A DNA stretch of 64,000 nucleotides from NCBI GenBank assembly GCA_965285935.1, contig OZ260663.1, forward strand, positions 68,262,001-68,326,000. The letters are read 5' to 3'. The position numbers and the translations under genes were made by a program. Under the pieces are notes generated by a model. The model was not told the origin of the DNA. It saw only the letters and a program-made list of their open reading frames with translations, and made no database searches. This DNA comes from Ophelia neglecta. Lineage: Eukaryota. Below, in pieces: positions 27,569 to 42,500 of the stretch. Each line of letters starts with the position of its first letter. Positions within the stretch are counted from its first letter, which is position 1.

Positions 27569-30500
27569 GTAAGTCAACATTTCTAAGGAAAACAAATACA
27601 GAATCAATTCGGCTTAGAAAGTGTTCTTTGGATTAAGCCTTCTAAAGCTAGCTGAGCTCATCAAGTCGTGTAGGCGTCCTTTGGATATGCCTCCATTCGT
27701 CTCTCGGATATCCGGCCGGCCGGCCGTCGCTGAGTTCCTCCTTCCAAAGATATGATAGCTGCATGTTTCGTAAGCAATAAAGATAATTGAAAAATTCCCT
27801 GGGAATGTAATGGTGGCACATAGATAGAAGAACTTTCTTTGAAAGCTGAATATCTTGTCCTTGGATGGCTTGCTCTTTCTAAAGATCAGTTTTGTTAAAT
27901 GCCTGTCTTTAAAATGATTTCGTTTACGCTATAGGCTTAAGGGATTGGATCGACTCAAATGATTCATTTTCCACGTCCTTCGCGTAGCCATCAGTGTTTC
28001 AGAGTTAGAGATCCAAAATCCTGGCCATCTGTATATGTACCTTACACTAACAGGTCATTTAAACTAGACGGCTCCATTACAGAATTGAAAATCATAAAAT
28101 CTTCCCGTCCCTATTAAAAACATATGGGTCTAATACACTGAATATCCCAATTATTAAAAAAGAATTGGTCATCCCTAGACCAAATTTATCGGTAATACAA
28201 TCTTGCCATCAAAAAATACAGGGAATAAAAACCACCACAACATAATAGGTCTTCAAAAGTAATCATCAGTTTTACAGGATTGGCATTTCGGAGCAGTCCC
28301 ATTAATGGGCATGTCCAATAAATAGAACACCACTTCTACGTCATAAGCATTTTACTTGGGTGTATAATTACTGTTTCTGGCCATTCATATTACAGAATTG
28401 TGCCTAGCAGAATTCTACCAGGCCTCTATCAGTGTCAAGACTTCACGCCGTGGCTTTAAACTAGACTTAAACATAAAATCAATTGATTTTGAAGTTACTC
28501 CGATAAATAATTGGGTGAGAATGACTTTTGTCTCAGAATCAGGCGCTTAATGGACTCACATCGACAGCCCTCTCGACAGTTTCCATCTAAGAGATATTAA
28601 TTGGCCTCTCTGCATGCATTTCTTATGTGATGGATTCCAGTTGTCAGGAATTGAATTTATTCCATTGTTGGAATTTTGAGCTAGGAATTATATTTCAAAT
28701 CAACTCCGTGAAAATTTCTGTTCCATCAACAGATTTACAAAATCCATTGCTTGGATGAAACTGATTAACTTCATAACGGCTAGTAATGAATAGGCCTTGA
28801 GCTTTACCAGGCCGAGTTCGAGACACGCACACACAAAACATTGAAATTGTGATTGAATGAAATATAGGGTTTCCGCCGTCAGCGCCTCGCCTAGACATGG
28901 AGAGAGTCCATTTACTGGCGCAAGTTACCAGAGTCCCTGAATCGAGTGCGAGAAGTTTGACCTGCGTTATTGGACTGAAGTTTGAAAATAAAAACGGCAT
29001 TTGCACAAGTTCTTGTCCAAGACATGAATCTAAGGGGGTGCAAAAATAATCTTTTGATTCTTTTTGTGTCTCAAATTTTACAGGTAAGAAAAAATCTTAT
29101 TTGGGTTTTCGCTCTGGTGAATACTTTTTAAAGGCGAAAGTTAGAAGTTCACCGTTGGCTAATAAAAACTTAATACAAGGGAACAAGAGGAAAACGAGGC
29201 TCACATATGGTGACTGTTTACGGCTGACTCCATCGATAATACAAAAGGACAAAGCTGAAATGAAATGATGCCCAGGTATGTTGTTTCCGCCCTGTTATGG
29301 CATACCTCATTAATAGTAGAAGGGGACAAAGCTTGGGAAATGAGGCCCACGTTTGTGGGTTACTGACCTGTTACGTCGACATACCCCACCAATAATAGAA
29401 TAGGCCAAAGCCTAGGAAATGAGGCCCACATGTGTGCTCGCAGACCTGCCATGGCTTATCTCACTATTGCGTAGATCTATTATAGCCTGTGATTAAAATA
29501 TTATTAGTCTTTGACCTTCACTCGCTAGCGGTGGTTCCGTGCGCGATGGTTGCGTTGACAAGTACGATGATGTTGTGATGTATCATTCCACGCTCTTTTC
29601 GGTCGCGGCGGTAGTAATTTTAATCATTTCTAATTTTAGTCAGGCAATGGAAATTTGGGCCTATACTTTCAAATCCTACAAGTTGTATAACCTACGCATG
29701 AGTTAAAATAAACATCAGTTTATTATTAATGTTAGTTATTTTGTTTGAGTAGGTCTATAGGCTAGCAGGATATGCATGCCCAGGAAATCCATTAATATGT
29801 TTAATTTCTTGGAACATCATCATTTTAAACCTTATTTTCTTGTTTTACGTGTCGCTGATCAGTGAGTTCATTTTGTGTCGTATTTACCAAATCGGCGGCA
29901 GCCAGCTACAGAGCTTAGCTTGAGATTGTCTCTTATCGGATTCTCTCCTCAACCACGGTCCCCTCCTCCGTTCACTCCATCCTCCACTCTTTCTGTCGGC
30001 CTAATTGTCACCGCTGGGCACATTCCTCGGTAATTTCCGGTTTACCCTGCCATGTTGCCCTTCTAACTCCTTCTGCTCATCAATCAGACTACATTCCCGG
30101 TTATCGCCTTCATATAGCGTCTGACTAAGGTAACTGTGCAATGACAACAAGTCGTTTATACACCCATGTTGCTCCACGTCAACGTAACTACCATGCCATC
30201 AAATCGGGCTCCGGCCGATTTCGGTTTCCTGCCGAGTTAAGACAGATGCATTGAGCTCGGCATGTATTATTGACTGTTAGAGGCTTTCCATCAAAAGTCT
30301 TCTCGACACTAAACGAGGTGGAAAATCTTGATTTTGGGATAATATTGGCGGAAGCGGCCAACGACAAAAAACTTGCACCCAGCCTGTCGGGTTTCGACTA
30401 CATATTGTCAGCTCGTCTGGAGATCGGTTTCTTATGTGAAAAGGGCAGAATTTACAGAAAAAATACAAACCAATGAAAAGCATATTGGGTCTATGCGTCT

Positions 30501-33500
30501 CGTGGTTCTGAATTGGGCTGTAAGATAGCTTTAGAATTTATAATGGAGCTATATTTGGCTGCTTTGCAAAAAATGAAGAAATATTATATACTGATTTATG
30601 ACTTTTGTGTTTGTACTAGGCCTACAGTCATCATATACCGAATAATTTATTAAAATTTTACGAACAAATCAGTTGGTATAATGTATGATGAGCGAATACA
30701 AGTTTAAATCAACGGAAATAAGAGTTCTTTTATTGTACGGTTGTATTTCCTACAACTGCTTGTTAACAAAACCGATCTGTGTAAATTACTGATACCTGAA
30801 TTGAGAGGAAACGCCCCGGGGTGTATTCAATCACATCAGTTCTCAGAGTGGCTAGATCCTGGAGAGCCGCGGAACGTGCCGAGATGGCGGCGGTGATTTG
30901 GTGCTAGTGCAGACAATATCGTTCCTGAGCCTCCTACACATTGTACTTATCCCAAAATCCGAGGCTTTACGCCGCGGAAAACACACAATGGACTTATTAT
31001 CAGATGGTGTCCTTGATAAACAGATTTGATGTGGCACATAATTGAACTTACCTTTTATAGGCTTATATCGCCTAACAAGATTCACAAAAACACAGTGTTT
31101 TATACTTTCATGGTGCCAGCCAATGATGGCTGACGCGACTATGTAAGGGCATCATTGATTGACCTTGAGGGGTCGTTTTTCACAGAATGCGAGGGTGTAA
31201 CTGTTTGTCCCCTCCTATAATTTTAACATTGATCATGATCATTTGTGGTATTGACTTTTCCTTTTTCCCTTTTCAGTGTGTTTCTGTTCCAGGCCTCGGA
31301 TTCAGGCGGGGCTCGTACAGATGTGCCTGCAAAAACGGCTGGTACTACCCCAACACTACCCTGCCGGAATCACAAAGATATTTTAATGGCTCCAACATCG
31401 AACTACAATATGAGAGGAAAATGAGGGTAAGCAATGCAACTAGACATACGAGGAATTCAATTTAGAAAAAAAAGCGACAGCGCTCGAGCAGCGTATTGAA
31501 GATTTATTTGTGGAACAGGCCAATATAGATCCCCCCCTTTTTTGCTAGTTAATTGAGCCTCTATAGGCCTAGTTCATGCAGATGGTTCCTAGCTGAATCA
31601 CTTAACTTCATAAATTGGCTTGATTTGGTGACGTTTTTAAATGTCCTTGTGAAATACGAGCCATTCTGTTTTCTGTTACTAGGGTGAGGCGAGTTCATTC
31701 GACACGTCTTACACGTGTTTACGATGTGCTGCCGGATGTGAGACGTGTAAAGACAGCAGCCCGTGTATCCTGAGCCTGGACTGGATCCAGAGGAGTATCG
31801 TGCTAGGCGTGTCCTGTCTCATCATCGGCATGATCCCAGTTCTCGTCTGGTTCACCTACAAATACAAGGAGGTCAAGGTAATCGCCGTCATTACAGAACA
31901 TTCGTAATGGTTTACCGGGTCGGTGTTAAGAAAATAAGACCTCTGAATATAAAAACCACACCATCGGACCCTAAGTTCAGGGATAACACAGCAACACTAT
32001 AAACAAGACATGGACCCCAGACGCATTTGAAACTAAGGGGGGATATTGTAGTTAGGGGAACTCTGGCTCCAAATCTGTAAGGCTGTAAAGGGGCCTTGGC
32101 TTGTTGAAGGTTGAGATGAGGCCCTTAGTTTGTTAAAGAACACCAAGGAGCCCTTGGTTTATTAAATGATGTCAAGGAGCCGTTGGTTTATTCGAGGCTG
32201 TAAAGGGGCCCCTGGTTTATCTAAGGCTGCCAAGGAGCCCTCAATTTATCAAAAGCTGTCAAGAGGCACTTAGTTTATCAAATGCTGTAAAGAGCCTGTG
32301 GACTATTAAAGGCGGGGAAGGGCCCTTGGTGTTTTATAGGATGTTAAGGTGCCCTTGCTACATTTGGTAATGGGTGAAGCGACATATTGTAGATTTTTCT
32401 TGGGTATTTATATTGGGTAAAGCCTATAATGACCAAAAGATCACAAGCACCTTGCCTTCCTTCACCTTTTTCCGGCACAAGGAGTTTATTGCGAAACGAC
32501 CGCAATATTCATACTTCCGGGTTCCGAAGAAAATGCCAATAGTATTAATTACATAAATATATTCAAGCACGTGCCAAATGACTCGAGCTGTTCAAAGTTA
32601 AAGCGAACACGGACCGGCGAATAATATATTAGCTGATTAAATGGCCAATATGATGTATATGTCAATACTTATCTTCCTACAAACAGCTAACTTTTTACCA
32701 TCAACTGTTAAGGGTCTGTTTGGAATATTATGCATTTTTAGCTGCTTGGGCCAAATAACTGAGCAGGCCACAAATTTGATACGAAATGCATGGCCTTATC
32801 CGTACGGGCCCGTTAATAGATTAGAACATGAACAGGAAATAGGCAGAGAAATAAGATTAGTTCATTAGCTAATGGATTTGCTTCATTGGCGCTAACTATT
32901 GATCAATCAAGTCCTGCATTTGGGATTGGAGCAGACGACAGAAAGTGTGCTTTAATCTCGGCTTCGAACCTGGTGGAAAAATGATTTAGCTTTGAATGGG
33001 ACAAACACAGAGAAATAATGTACCAAAGCAAGAAATCACAAAACGAGATTAATAGAAGGAACAAAAATCAGACGAGCTTTTCAATAAAACGATCCTGATT
33101 TATAATTAATTCTGATGATGTGACAATGATGGTTTAAGTCATGCGTCATAGATAGAAGTTAAAATGGAAAGGGCACCGATGATAGAAAAGTAAACGGAAG
33201 CAGGACGATATTGATTTCGCAAAATGTCACCAGAGTTGACTTACTACGTGGAAAATCGTGTTTACTCACACTTAGGCTTCAGATGTAACCGACAAGTTCT
33301 AGAATAATTAACAGGTCGAGGTTTGGCGTCATAAAATGTTTACTCATTGTCTGTAAAAATTGAAAGAACTTTAGATGAAAGCGAATTTCGGCGATATCAG
33401 ATAGGTACTAGTCCGATCGTTCTGCGATTGGTTTTCACAAAACAGCAGTAGTTAAATGCCAGACTTGACAAAACCGAGGATTCGAGGACGCACCATTATC

Positions 33501-36500
33501 GACAGTTACTTCAAGTGAATAGAAAAGTCGACAGCGACACGTCATGTTCCTTTCAACCACCAGCGATTTGTCCCTCTTTGTACTGTCTACATGTACGGTT
33601 AATCTAATCAATGAAAGTCATCACCATATTTGAAATTTTGCAAATATCAACCTGCCAAGATTTCAATTTTAAGGAAGTTTTTTTTCTAACTTTCCGATAT
33701 GTGACAATATCAATCTTGGACATATACACAACGTCATTAAGACTAGCCATATGCGTGTGATGTCCAAATGATTATGAATATTTGTAAATGTACGGACTCG
33801 ATGGTGATCTATCCATTAAAGATGCCATTTCTTAAAGGGGATGTTAACTAGCTGGGGCTCCTCGGTCTGATGTTAATGGTCGAACTCTAGAAAGGAGAGT
33901 CCATATATAAGTACCTAGCAGACCGATTTTCATCCCTAGCTAGACATCAAGTCTGATACAAATTTTAAGTGTCAATACGTTTATTTCATTTCTGCCGGCT
34001 TACCTAGTAAAACCTAACATACGACTTTTTCCGCCCTGCTACATGTACGGTATCCACAGTATCCCATGCAATGAGATGCAGGAGCTGTATGAAAGTTTAA
34101 AGTGATTGCTTTTGTTTTTATTCTTGCGCGGTCCGATTACTAGTCCGTGATCTGAAGCTTGTCAACAACAAGACAGCTAGCTAGAAAGACCAAACTAAAC
34201 AAAGACAGCCACTTTGTCGTATCGATCCTTAAAGATAGGACTCATTTTTTTCTTTTGTTTCGCATATTAGTCAAATTCATGAAAAAGTTGTTCATTCTTA
34301 TACAAATGCTTCAAAATCAAGTTCTTCTGTTGTAGTTGAGTTATTTCGAGATTAGTTGTTCATAGGCAATGCACACAAATATGGATAGTTGTAGTTGATC
34401 TGACTTGTCCAATATGTTTTCGACATAAGCCTGTCATATTGTGACTAATGAGCGCTCCGAGCTGCTATATGAATAAGCAGGTCAGCTCCTCGATTCAATA
34501 AATACAAGCCCAAAGACTCTAGTTGGGAACTCTCCCCATTGAAATTTGCATTTTGATGAACTACCACAAATCTCTTTTCACTGGTAGTTGTTAATTGAAG
34601 CCTGTGCATTATTCAGTTATATTAATATCAGGTCTTGATTATTTTCGTTTTGATATTGGTGCCTAAAGCGGCTGTGGCTATCCACGAAGTTTCCGTCCTC
34701 GTTTATTATCAGGGTGTCGCTAGATCTCAACTCTGATGGGAATCCTGAGTATTGTTGTAGCGATCCCCTTTCCCATCAATTATGTAGCGGGGCTTTGCTT
34801 TGAGGCTGCCTTTTATGTTGCATGATAAGCCATTCGGAACAAAATGAGCTGTTTGTTTGATAGCACCCTCTGTCTTGACATCCTGAGAAACTGTTTTCAG
34901 AATAAGAATAAACAAGATCTTTTCCAAGTTCATGAATTCTGCAAAAGTTAAGTAACTTGCATTGTCACATTCCAACTCTCTGGACATGGTCTTCTATAGC
35001 GAAGAAACCTTTTATAGAACTCTTTTTCATCGTCTCAAATTGGTGATTTGTTGTTTAAAATGAGGTAATTTAACATATTCAAGGTAATAACTGATGTCGG
35101 CCAAAAAGTTTTTCACTGCTCGTTAAACATATTTAAATGTTCCTCAAACAGTCGACTTATTCTCTGTGAAATAACAATGGACGATCATCGAAGTACCCGA
35201 GCTCCATTGGTATGGTCTTGGCTAATCAAACAAACAGGAAACCAGTGCTTTGTCACGACGGTGCAAAGGTGGCAATTTTGTTAGTGAACCAATTGTGCTG
35301 TTATTATGATTAAACTCGTGTATTGGAACAGATACACGGCAGAAAAAACGACTCAGACCGAAACATGGCAGAAGCCAAACCTATTTCTGTTAGTTAGTAA
35401 GCTTATTTTTACAACAGGTATGTTTGCAATAGTCAGTTGATTAATGGTTGATGAATTTCTGATTAATTGATTAAGTTTATTCGATTATTACTAGCGGAAA
35501 TGCACGCAAAATTAAACGTATATAATTATACTTGATAATTATTACTTGAATATACCAAATAGCACCACGTCGCATATATGGCAACCAAAAATAATACACA
35601 CCACACAAAAATAATCGACAAGGGTGACATGAAAAGTCAGGAAATTAAAACTTATTTCCACGGTGAACATAGTGTAGAGCTTCCTATATAATATAAAACA
35701 TGTATTCCATGATCAACAAATACCAAAATGCAGATTATTAACATTAACACACTCGTGCTTATAAATAACAGTAAAAGGCTATAACTCAATATTGCACACT
35801 AGATAAGCTTTACACCTTTGTTTGAAACTGCCATACTTATTAGTACATTGAGCTAGAGATTTGAGCTTTTTCCGCGAAATAACACCTTGGGCTATAAACT
35901 GTGTGCATCAGACTTGCTAGACACTCTCAGATAACATTATAATCACAAGACCTTTTGGAAAGACCATGTTAATCATCGATTCTAATGCAATCACACATAT
36001 ATTGCGGGGTTTTCCTAGGTAGACATTTATGGAGGCGACCAAATGTCAAGTGCTCCACACTATTCTCCACATTAAGAAAACAGATAACACACTTCTAGAT
36101 GGGTTCTAGCATTTAGACCGAGTATAAAGCGGACAGCTTACAAAACTTACATCCATGCGCAAACAGAGAATGCAAAAAAGTTGATTACAATAATTTCTTA
36201 ACAAAAGAAGTTAAGAGTTATTGCTTTCTAGAGCCATAACAGAATAACATTTATTTTTCTGATGCCATCTTTGCACAATACTACAACATCCATATTACAA
36301 GCAATATGATCAGCCAAGTATTTAACAGTAGTTTTACATTTAACTCCAGCACATGAAATATTTAACTATGAGTCCCCGATAACCTATATTTAATACCAAA
36401 TAGAATCCGTTTGTCTTGACCTAATACAATAATATTGTATTGTCAATCAATCATTTTTTACATTATATTATTCATTGTTTAATTTGTTTTCTTACCACAA

Positions 36501-39500
36501 AGGCAGAGTCCTCAGCATATTAGAATAAGTAACATTTGACAGGAGCAGATATGTCACTAACATAAATAAGAAATAATAAGGGTCCTAAAATTGAGCCCTG
36601 GGTCACACCACACTCATGTGACAGGAAGGGGGTCTGACAAACGCCAACAGCATCTATTCTTAAGGTGAAAAATAAGATTCAAACCAATCAACCGTTTTTG
36701 GTCAACACTAAGAGCTGCAAGTTTTGACAAAAGTGTATCAACAGTGTCGAATGTCTTTCTGGATCAATTAAATGCATGCCTGGCAGTATACCTTAATTTA
36801 TATTATATTAACATTTCCATTGCGCTAAAATCAATCAAAAGGTTCAAAATCGTATAAAAAGTAATAAAACGTATATGCGCGTTCCATAGACGTGGTGCAC
36901 ATGCACTAAAGGCTCGGACACTACCGGATAACTAACCTAGTTCATGGTACTGTCTTGTCATGTCGTGACCTGATCGCAGGGATCTTATGGGAGTCGGGAG
37001 AGACTCAGGTGCCAGACACTTATATCTTAGAAACATGATTTTAAACTTGACGCGCTGGTTTATTGGTAGCCAATGTAACGAGACGGATGAGGAGATGACG
37101 TGCTCGCACCTGCCGATACAGTCATGTTACGACCCAAGCGGCCATGTTCTGCACCAGCTTCAGTTTTCCTATAATAACAACGCCAGCATATGTTGGTCGT
37201 TGGTGCATCTAACAACTTCGGCAATATGTTGCTTAAGAGATATGACTGGGTCGATGACCGTACCGAGATTTGTTACCAGTTTATAGACCAGCTTGACCAG
37301 GCTGCCACCATTGTCCATTCGAAAGGCTTTTACTTAAGTTCGAGCATCCTCAGTACCAATGACCATAAGATCAATCTTTTCCGAATTGTGTTTCAGTTTA
37401 TTTTATGTCATCCACCTGTAAGAGTGACAGGTGTCCTGGTGTGTGCTGGAAATCTTTGGCTACAGATGCGTATCCTCAGTATAGCAATTGGTATTATGCC
37501 TAAGCTTAAGATTTAAATAAGAAATACTTAGGGTCCGAATACTGATCATTGCGGCACAAATTACTTTTGAAACTCTGCCACGAGATTATTTTTCCAATCT
37601 GAACTCACTGGCTGTATTCCGACAGGATGCAACAAAACCTTTCTAGTGCAGCCCCAGATACTCTAAAATTGAGTTTATTCATTCAAGCAAAGTGCTGTGA
37701 CCCAGAGGGTCAAATGCCGCACTAAGGCCTACAATACTATAAAGACTTTTAACTACTCAGCTGCTTGCAACAGCTCTCTCCAGAACCTTTGAAATGAAAG
37801 GTAGGTTGTTGATAGGTCTACAGTTTTTAATTTAAAGGGTAAACACTGGCTTTCTTTTAAAACGGGCTTCCAATGGGTGATTCTATTTTCCCTGGATCCT
37901 TGCTAATGCTGGGGAGAAATTGACAATTGTCATTACAACATGTAGCAGTTAATGACTGGATTACTTTAATAGCCAGGTAGGCAGAGGGGCCTACCTTTTG
38001 GTAGGGGAGGCTAAGGTGACCTGTCTCACTTCCTCAGGTGACACATTTGCAAAACTCGTAAACACGGCAGCCCGCAACCGGAACCGGGAATTCAAGATGA
38101 CCAGTTAAATCTAGAAGGCTGGTGCGGATGCTCTTTATTTTATGTTTTACAAATGGTAGAGAGCCGGTGGGCTAGGTCAATTTCTGAATCTTACGTTTGG
38201 CAATTTGAGGTCAGATGTTAAAAACAACAGTTCATCAACAACTGTTTCGACGGTCGTCGCTCGTCATTAACTTGTTGTAATGGTTTCCCTTGGCGTTTGT
38301 GGGAATCGCGTCTACTGTACCTCTTCGTTTATGTAAAATGTTAGCTCCTAGGCCTATAGTGAATGGTAAATATGTTTGTCAGTCTCGCGCCGAGCAGTCT
38401 AAGCCTGATGTAACACATCTCAGTATCACTCACCATGCGGCCTGATAATGACGGATTTCACCTTCCCAGGAGTATACTTGTCCAGCACCTGACGAAGAGT
38501 AGTATTAAAATGCAACCTGACTGAGTCTGGATCACCATCCATATCATCTCTTACCAAGTCCACAAGATAAGCCAGAGCCGTGTCGGAAAGAAAGAATCCC
38601 CGGAGAAAACCTATTTGTAATGGATACAAAATATTTTCGTCATTTAATTAAGGATTAAAGAATTGTACACTTCCTTCTCTAGAAGCTTGGATACCACTGG
38701 CAAAATAGAAACAGGCATAATAAGAGAGTCAAAGAATTTTGCTCCCTTCGTATTTAAAGGTACATCTCTTGACTCTTGACTCTTTTCACCATCATCAACA
38801 CTGAATTCTCCAACTAATAGCCAACACCCGCAATCTTACCTGATACCTAAACCATTATCAAAGCCTAATTATCAACAAGAGTGGATTTGTCGTCTGCTTA
38901 TTTTTCATCTAAGTAACAAGTCGTAGGGTGTGGTACTCATGTTTCCTGGTTAAAAAATGGTGTACCGCCCTTCCATTACGAGCAAGGGTTATCATTCGCC
39001 TTAAGTATATGGTTGATTTGGTATCGAAGTTGATACGAAAACTTTCTGGCCTAATGATCGTGGTCCTTCAATTTAGTCTTGTTGATGGTTCCATTATCTT
39101 TCCTTTAAAGGAACTTTAGTAAAGTCGATGAACATTTACTTTCTATTAACACTCAATTATACAGGGTTCGAAAGCAGCTGCAAAAAGCTTTTTAAACAAA
39201 CGGTATTCCCCGCCCCTGAGATGATAGGTATCAGCTGTTGCTCACTTCTGATTAATTTTCATTTAATCGATGTATATTCTTGCTGAAATTGAAAACGTTA
39301 GCCGGTACTGTTGTAAATCGGTTGACTTATACTAGCAAGCTACCTGTAGGCTTTCGTTCGCCTGTACAATTTAGTCGAATGTTGAGGTCGGTACAATAAT
39401 TCAAAGGCTTGACCTTACGACTAAAAGAAAGAACTACAATGGCGTCTCCCAGGTAAAGAGCCCGGTCGAGTGAGTTAACAACAGGCTGGAAATCTTGTGG

Positions 39501-42500
39501 TTGATGACGTCTGCTGTTTTTAATGTAGTTAATTCTCTGCTGCACCCAGGGTTGCTTGGTCCTTTCAGCAAATTACGTCGCTCCTTACCCCCGGCAAAAC
39601 CTATTATTGACTCCCGGAAAACGGTACAGATTATGTGTGGCTGCAAGGCTGAGTGGCTCTCCTGTCGATGGAAATCTAACTTGCTCAGTAGTGGCCGACC
39701 ATGTTTGTGGTCTGTAATTATCTGGCTGTGTAAGAACTCAGATATTTGAAATAATAGAGCACCTGCTTGACAGACTCAACATGGCCGATAACTATATCAA
39801 TACTATTTTAGTTTTCTTTCAGCCCAGTTGCTTTCTCTGCCAGATATAATTGCCAACTAAAAGCTTTTCATGTGACAGTGGGGATAGTATCGGCTTTAAA
39901 TCTTTTTTATTTCTTTGCTAAAATGTGACAGATTATTTCCGACCACAGCACCTTCATGAAATCGGTATTGACTCGCCCCTTTATAAAGTTAGTACAGAGG
40001 GATAGAGGTAATGGCCCTATCTTTTAATGGTGAGATTTATGACGAACCGACATTCGAGTAACTAATGTTTAGAGGTTTTAGGCATTGTACTGCGATACAT
40101 TGGCTACACATATAACGCGGACAAGGGACCCCAAAGGACGCTTCACAATTAGTCGCCCGCAGACCTAATGTAAGTCGCAATGAACGACGCAAATAAAATC
40201 TTCATTTAGGATAGTGCTCGTCCGTCTTATCAGCATTTATTGTTACATCTCTTTAAAAAAAATTGACTATAAAAGCCTTTGTGCTGGAAGCAGAATCTGA
40301 TGAAAAATCTCCAGGCTTTGTTTCTTTGTACGTTATTTGGTGTTCATGCCATAACCATGCTTGCGTCTTGTAATGTTCAACAGCGATCAAATACTTGGGA
40401 TGCACCCAAAAGTATTTGTTATTAGCCGTAATTTGATCCTAGGAATCTAGTCTTAGCCCTTTCGGCTTGTGACATCTTCCTGCTTTCGGTTGATTTGCGC
40501 TTGCCCAAAAGCTTAAATGAAAGAAGCTTTTGACGGTTTTCTTTCATTTGTCGCAGAACCTGATCCGATTTGTGTCTTTCCTTCACACTAGTTTCTCAAT
40601 CTTAGATGTTCTGTTCTACCGTTATGAATACAAAACCAAGAGAAATCGTGATTTCAAATTTCTAATCACACATGATGCTGAGCTACTTTTATGTGACCGT
40701 CTTTTATCTGGCTGTGTAGGAAATGGTTCATCATTATTTTAGGTAATGGGCAGTACCAAAGGCTGATGATCAACATTTGGTAATATTAATTAGTAGTATT
40801 GTTAAAGGGTAATAGCGTTAAGTGTATCTAGTGCAGGGTGTAAGTTCGGGTTAAACGGTGTAGGTCATATAGTCTGATAGGATGTAGATTATGGATTATG
40901 GATTGTACGTAATGGGCAATACACTAGTGTACGCAATGGGCTATATAGCTAATATGGCTTAGTTGAATGGGCACAGGGTTGTTATATGAGTCATAAAGTA
41001 CAGACTGTGAAGCATAACGAGTAAAATGTAGTCACAAAATAATGTGGATACCCGTCGGATAGTTATAAACTCTGCAGACTAAAACGGGCAGTTTCCAAAT
41101 GAACAGACAAATATTCAACAGTAAAACCCTCTACCTGAGGACTTATGGAATCCTGTTAAGTATTCCATTAGCCTTAAGGAGAGAAAATATACGACCGATG
41201 ACTCTCTTTTGGATTATTTATGTGTAAATTCTAGTTGTCATTGTTTTACTCCTACGCAGTAAATGAGTGTAATGACTTTGAGTGATATATTCCATTCACC
41301 TTACATCTAGGGGCCATGTGCGTCTGCCTGCAGGTGTTCGGTCACAATAAAAGCGTGGGCATAATAGGACGACATGTACAACTTTGAGTGTTTTAATTCT
41401 AATGAGATGGAGTGGAAAGCATACATGGGTTGTACTGTCCTTACAATATAGGTGATTGTATAATAAACAGGTGTTTGTCTATAGTCCGAAAAAATTCCAT
41501 CCAAGATGTCTATATTATCTTTGGTCTCAGCCAAACTTCCGCTTGTTTTACTCCTGCTGTATTGTGCATTATTATATACGGCGTTAGTCCCATACTCGTA
41601 TTTGCCATAGGGACCATGGGCGGGACTTATGGTACATAATGAAGTTGTGCATTGAGATTTCGACTTCCGGGTTAGTGTCAGTTTCTAGGAGGCAAATAGT
41701 ATCTTTTTTTAAGTTTCGCAGGAAATCACTGTCCGTAAGTATAGGGTTTTACCATTTATATTCTATGAACCTATGCAAAGAATGTGCTGGGGGTCAATGT
41801 CTGTTACCACTTCTGGAGAAGTCTTCCTGTGCAGCTTCCCGGCTGACATTGTTAATACCCCAGTTTTGATTTTTGTAGTCATGTCAATCTCTGTTTTTCT
41901 AGCTTTGATTATTCGGATAATACTCGGTTGGGTCTCTTCTATATTCCCATTTGTAAACTCATATATCATTGGTCTTGTAATGTTCAGTGCATGGTGCTTT
42001 GCTTTTTCAAATCTTCTTGCTAGTGTGTCTTGTCAAGTTTATTTGGTCTTCCTTACAAGAATTTTCGTTTACACCGCTAGGGCCTCCAAATACAGAAGTA
42101 TTATATCACAGATGTTTACATTTTTGCATTTTCTTTGACTCTTGCTTCTTCAATGTTGTTCTGCCTCTTCAATCATATAAGAACCTCTTTCATTATGAAA
42201 CGTGCATGCGATATCCTGACGGCGGCCATGAAGTGTATCTGGGAGTTTTCCTTAAGACGCACCTTTTTCAAACTGTTCTGATGTGGCCCTTATTGGTTGT
42301 TTTTCATCTACTTTGTTGGTGTTTGCTTCATTCTTTGAGCACACCACTGCAAAAAAAACGAGTCTTTCAGCAGTCTATTTTCAATACTTGTGTTAAAAAG
42401 CATAGCCTTCATCCTTCACATATTGGTTGTTTATTCTCATTCCTTCCATATCATCTCTCATTTCACTGGCCGCTCTGTTCGCAGATTTATATTATCTTTA

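Noticed and set aside
29180-29470. Spaced repeats as a CRISPR-like array (also 52171-52302)
   Set aside because: Whole units are repeated with no unique spacers, there are no cas genes, and the context is a eukaryotic intron.
31763-32002. 79-aa ORF from the track
   Set aside because: It is an alternative-frame overlap of real exon 3.
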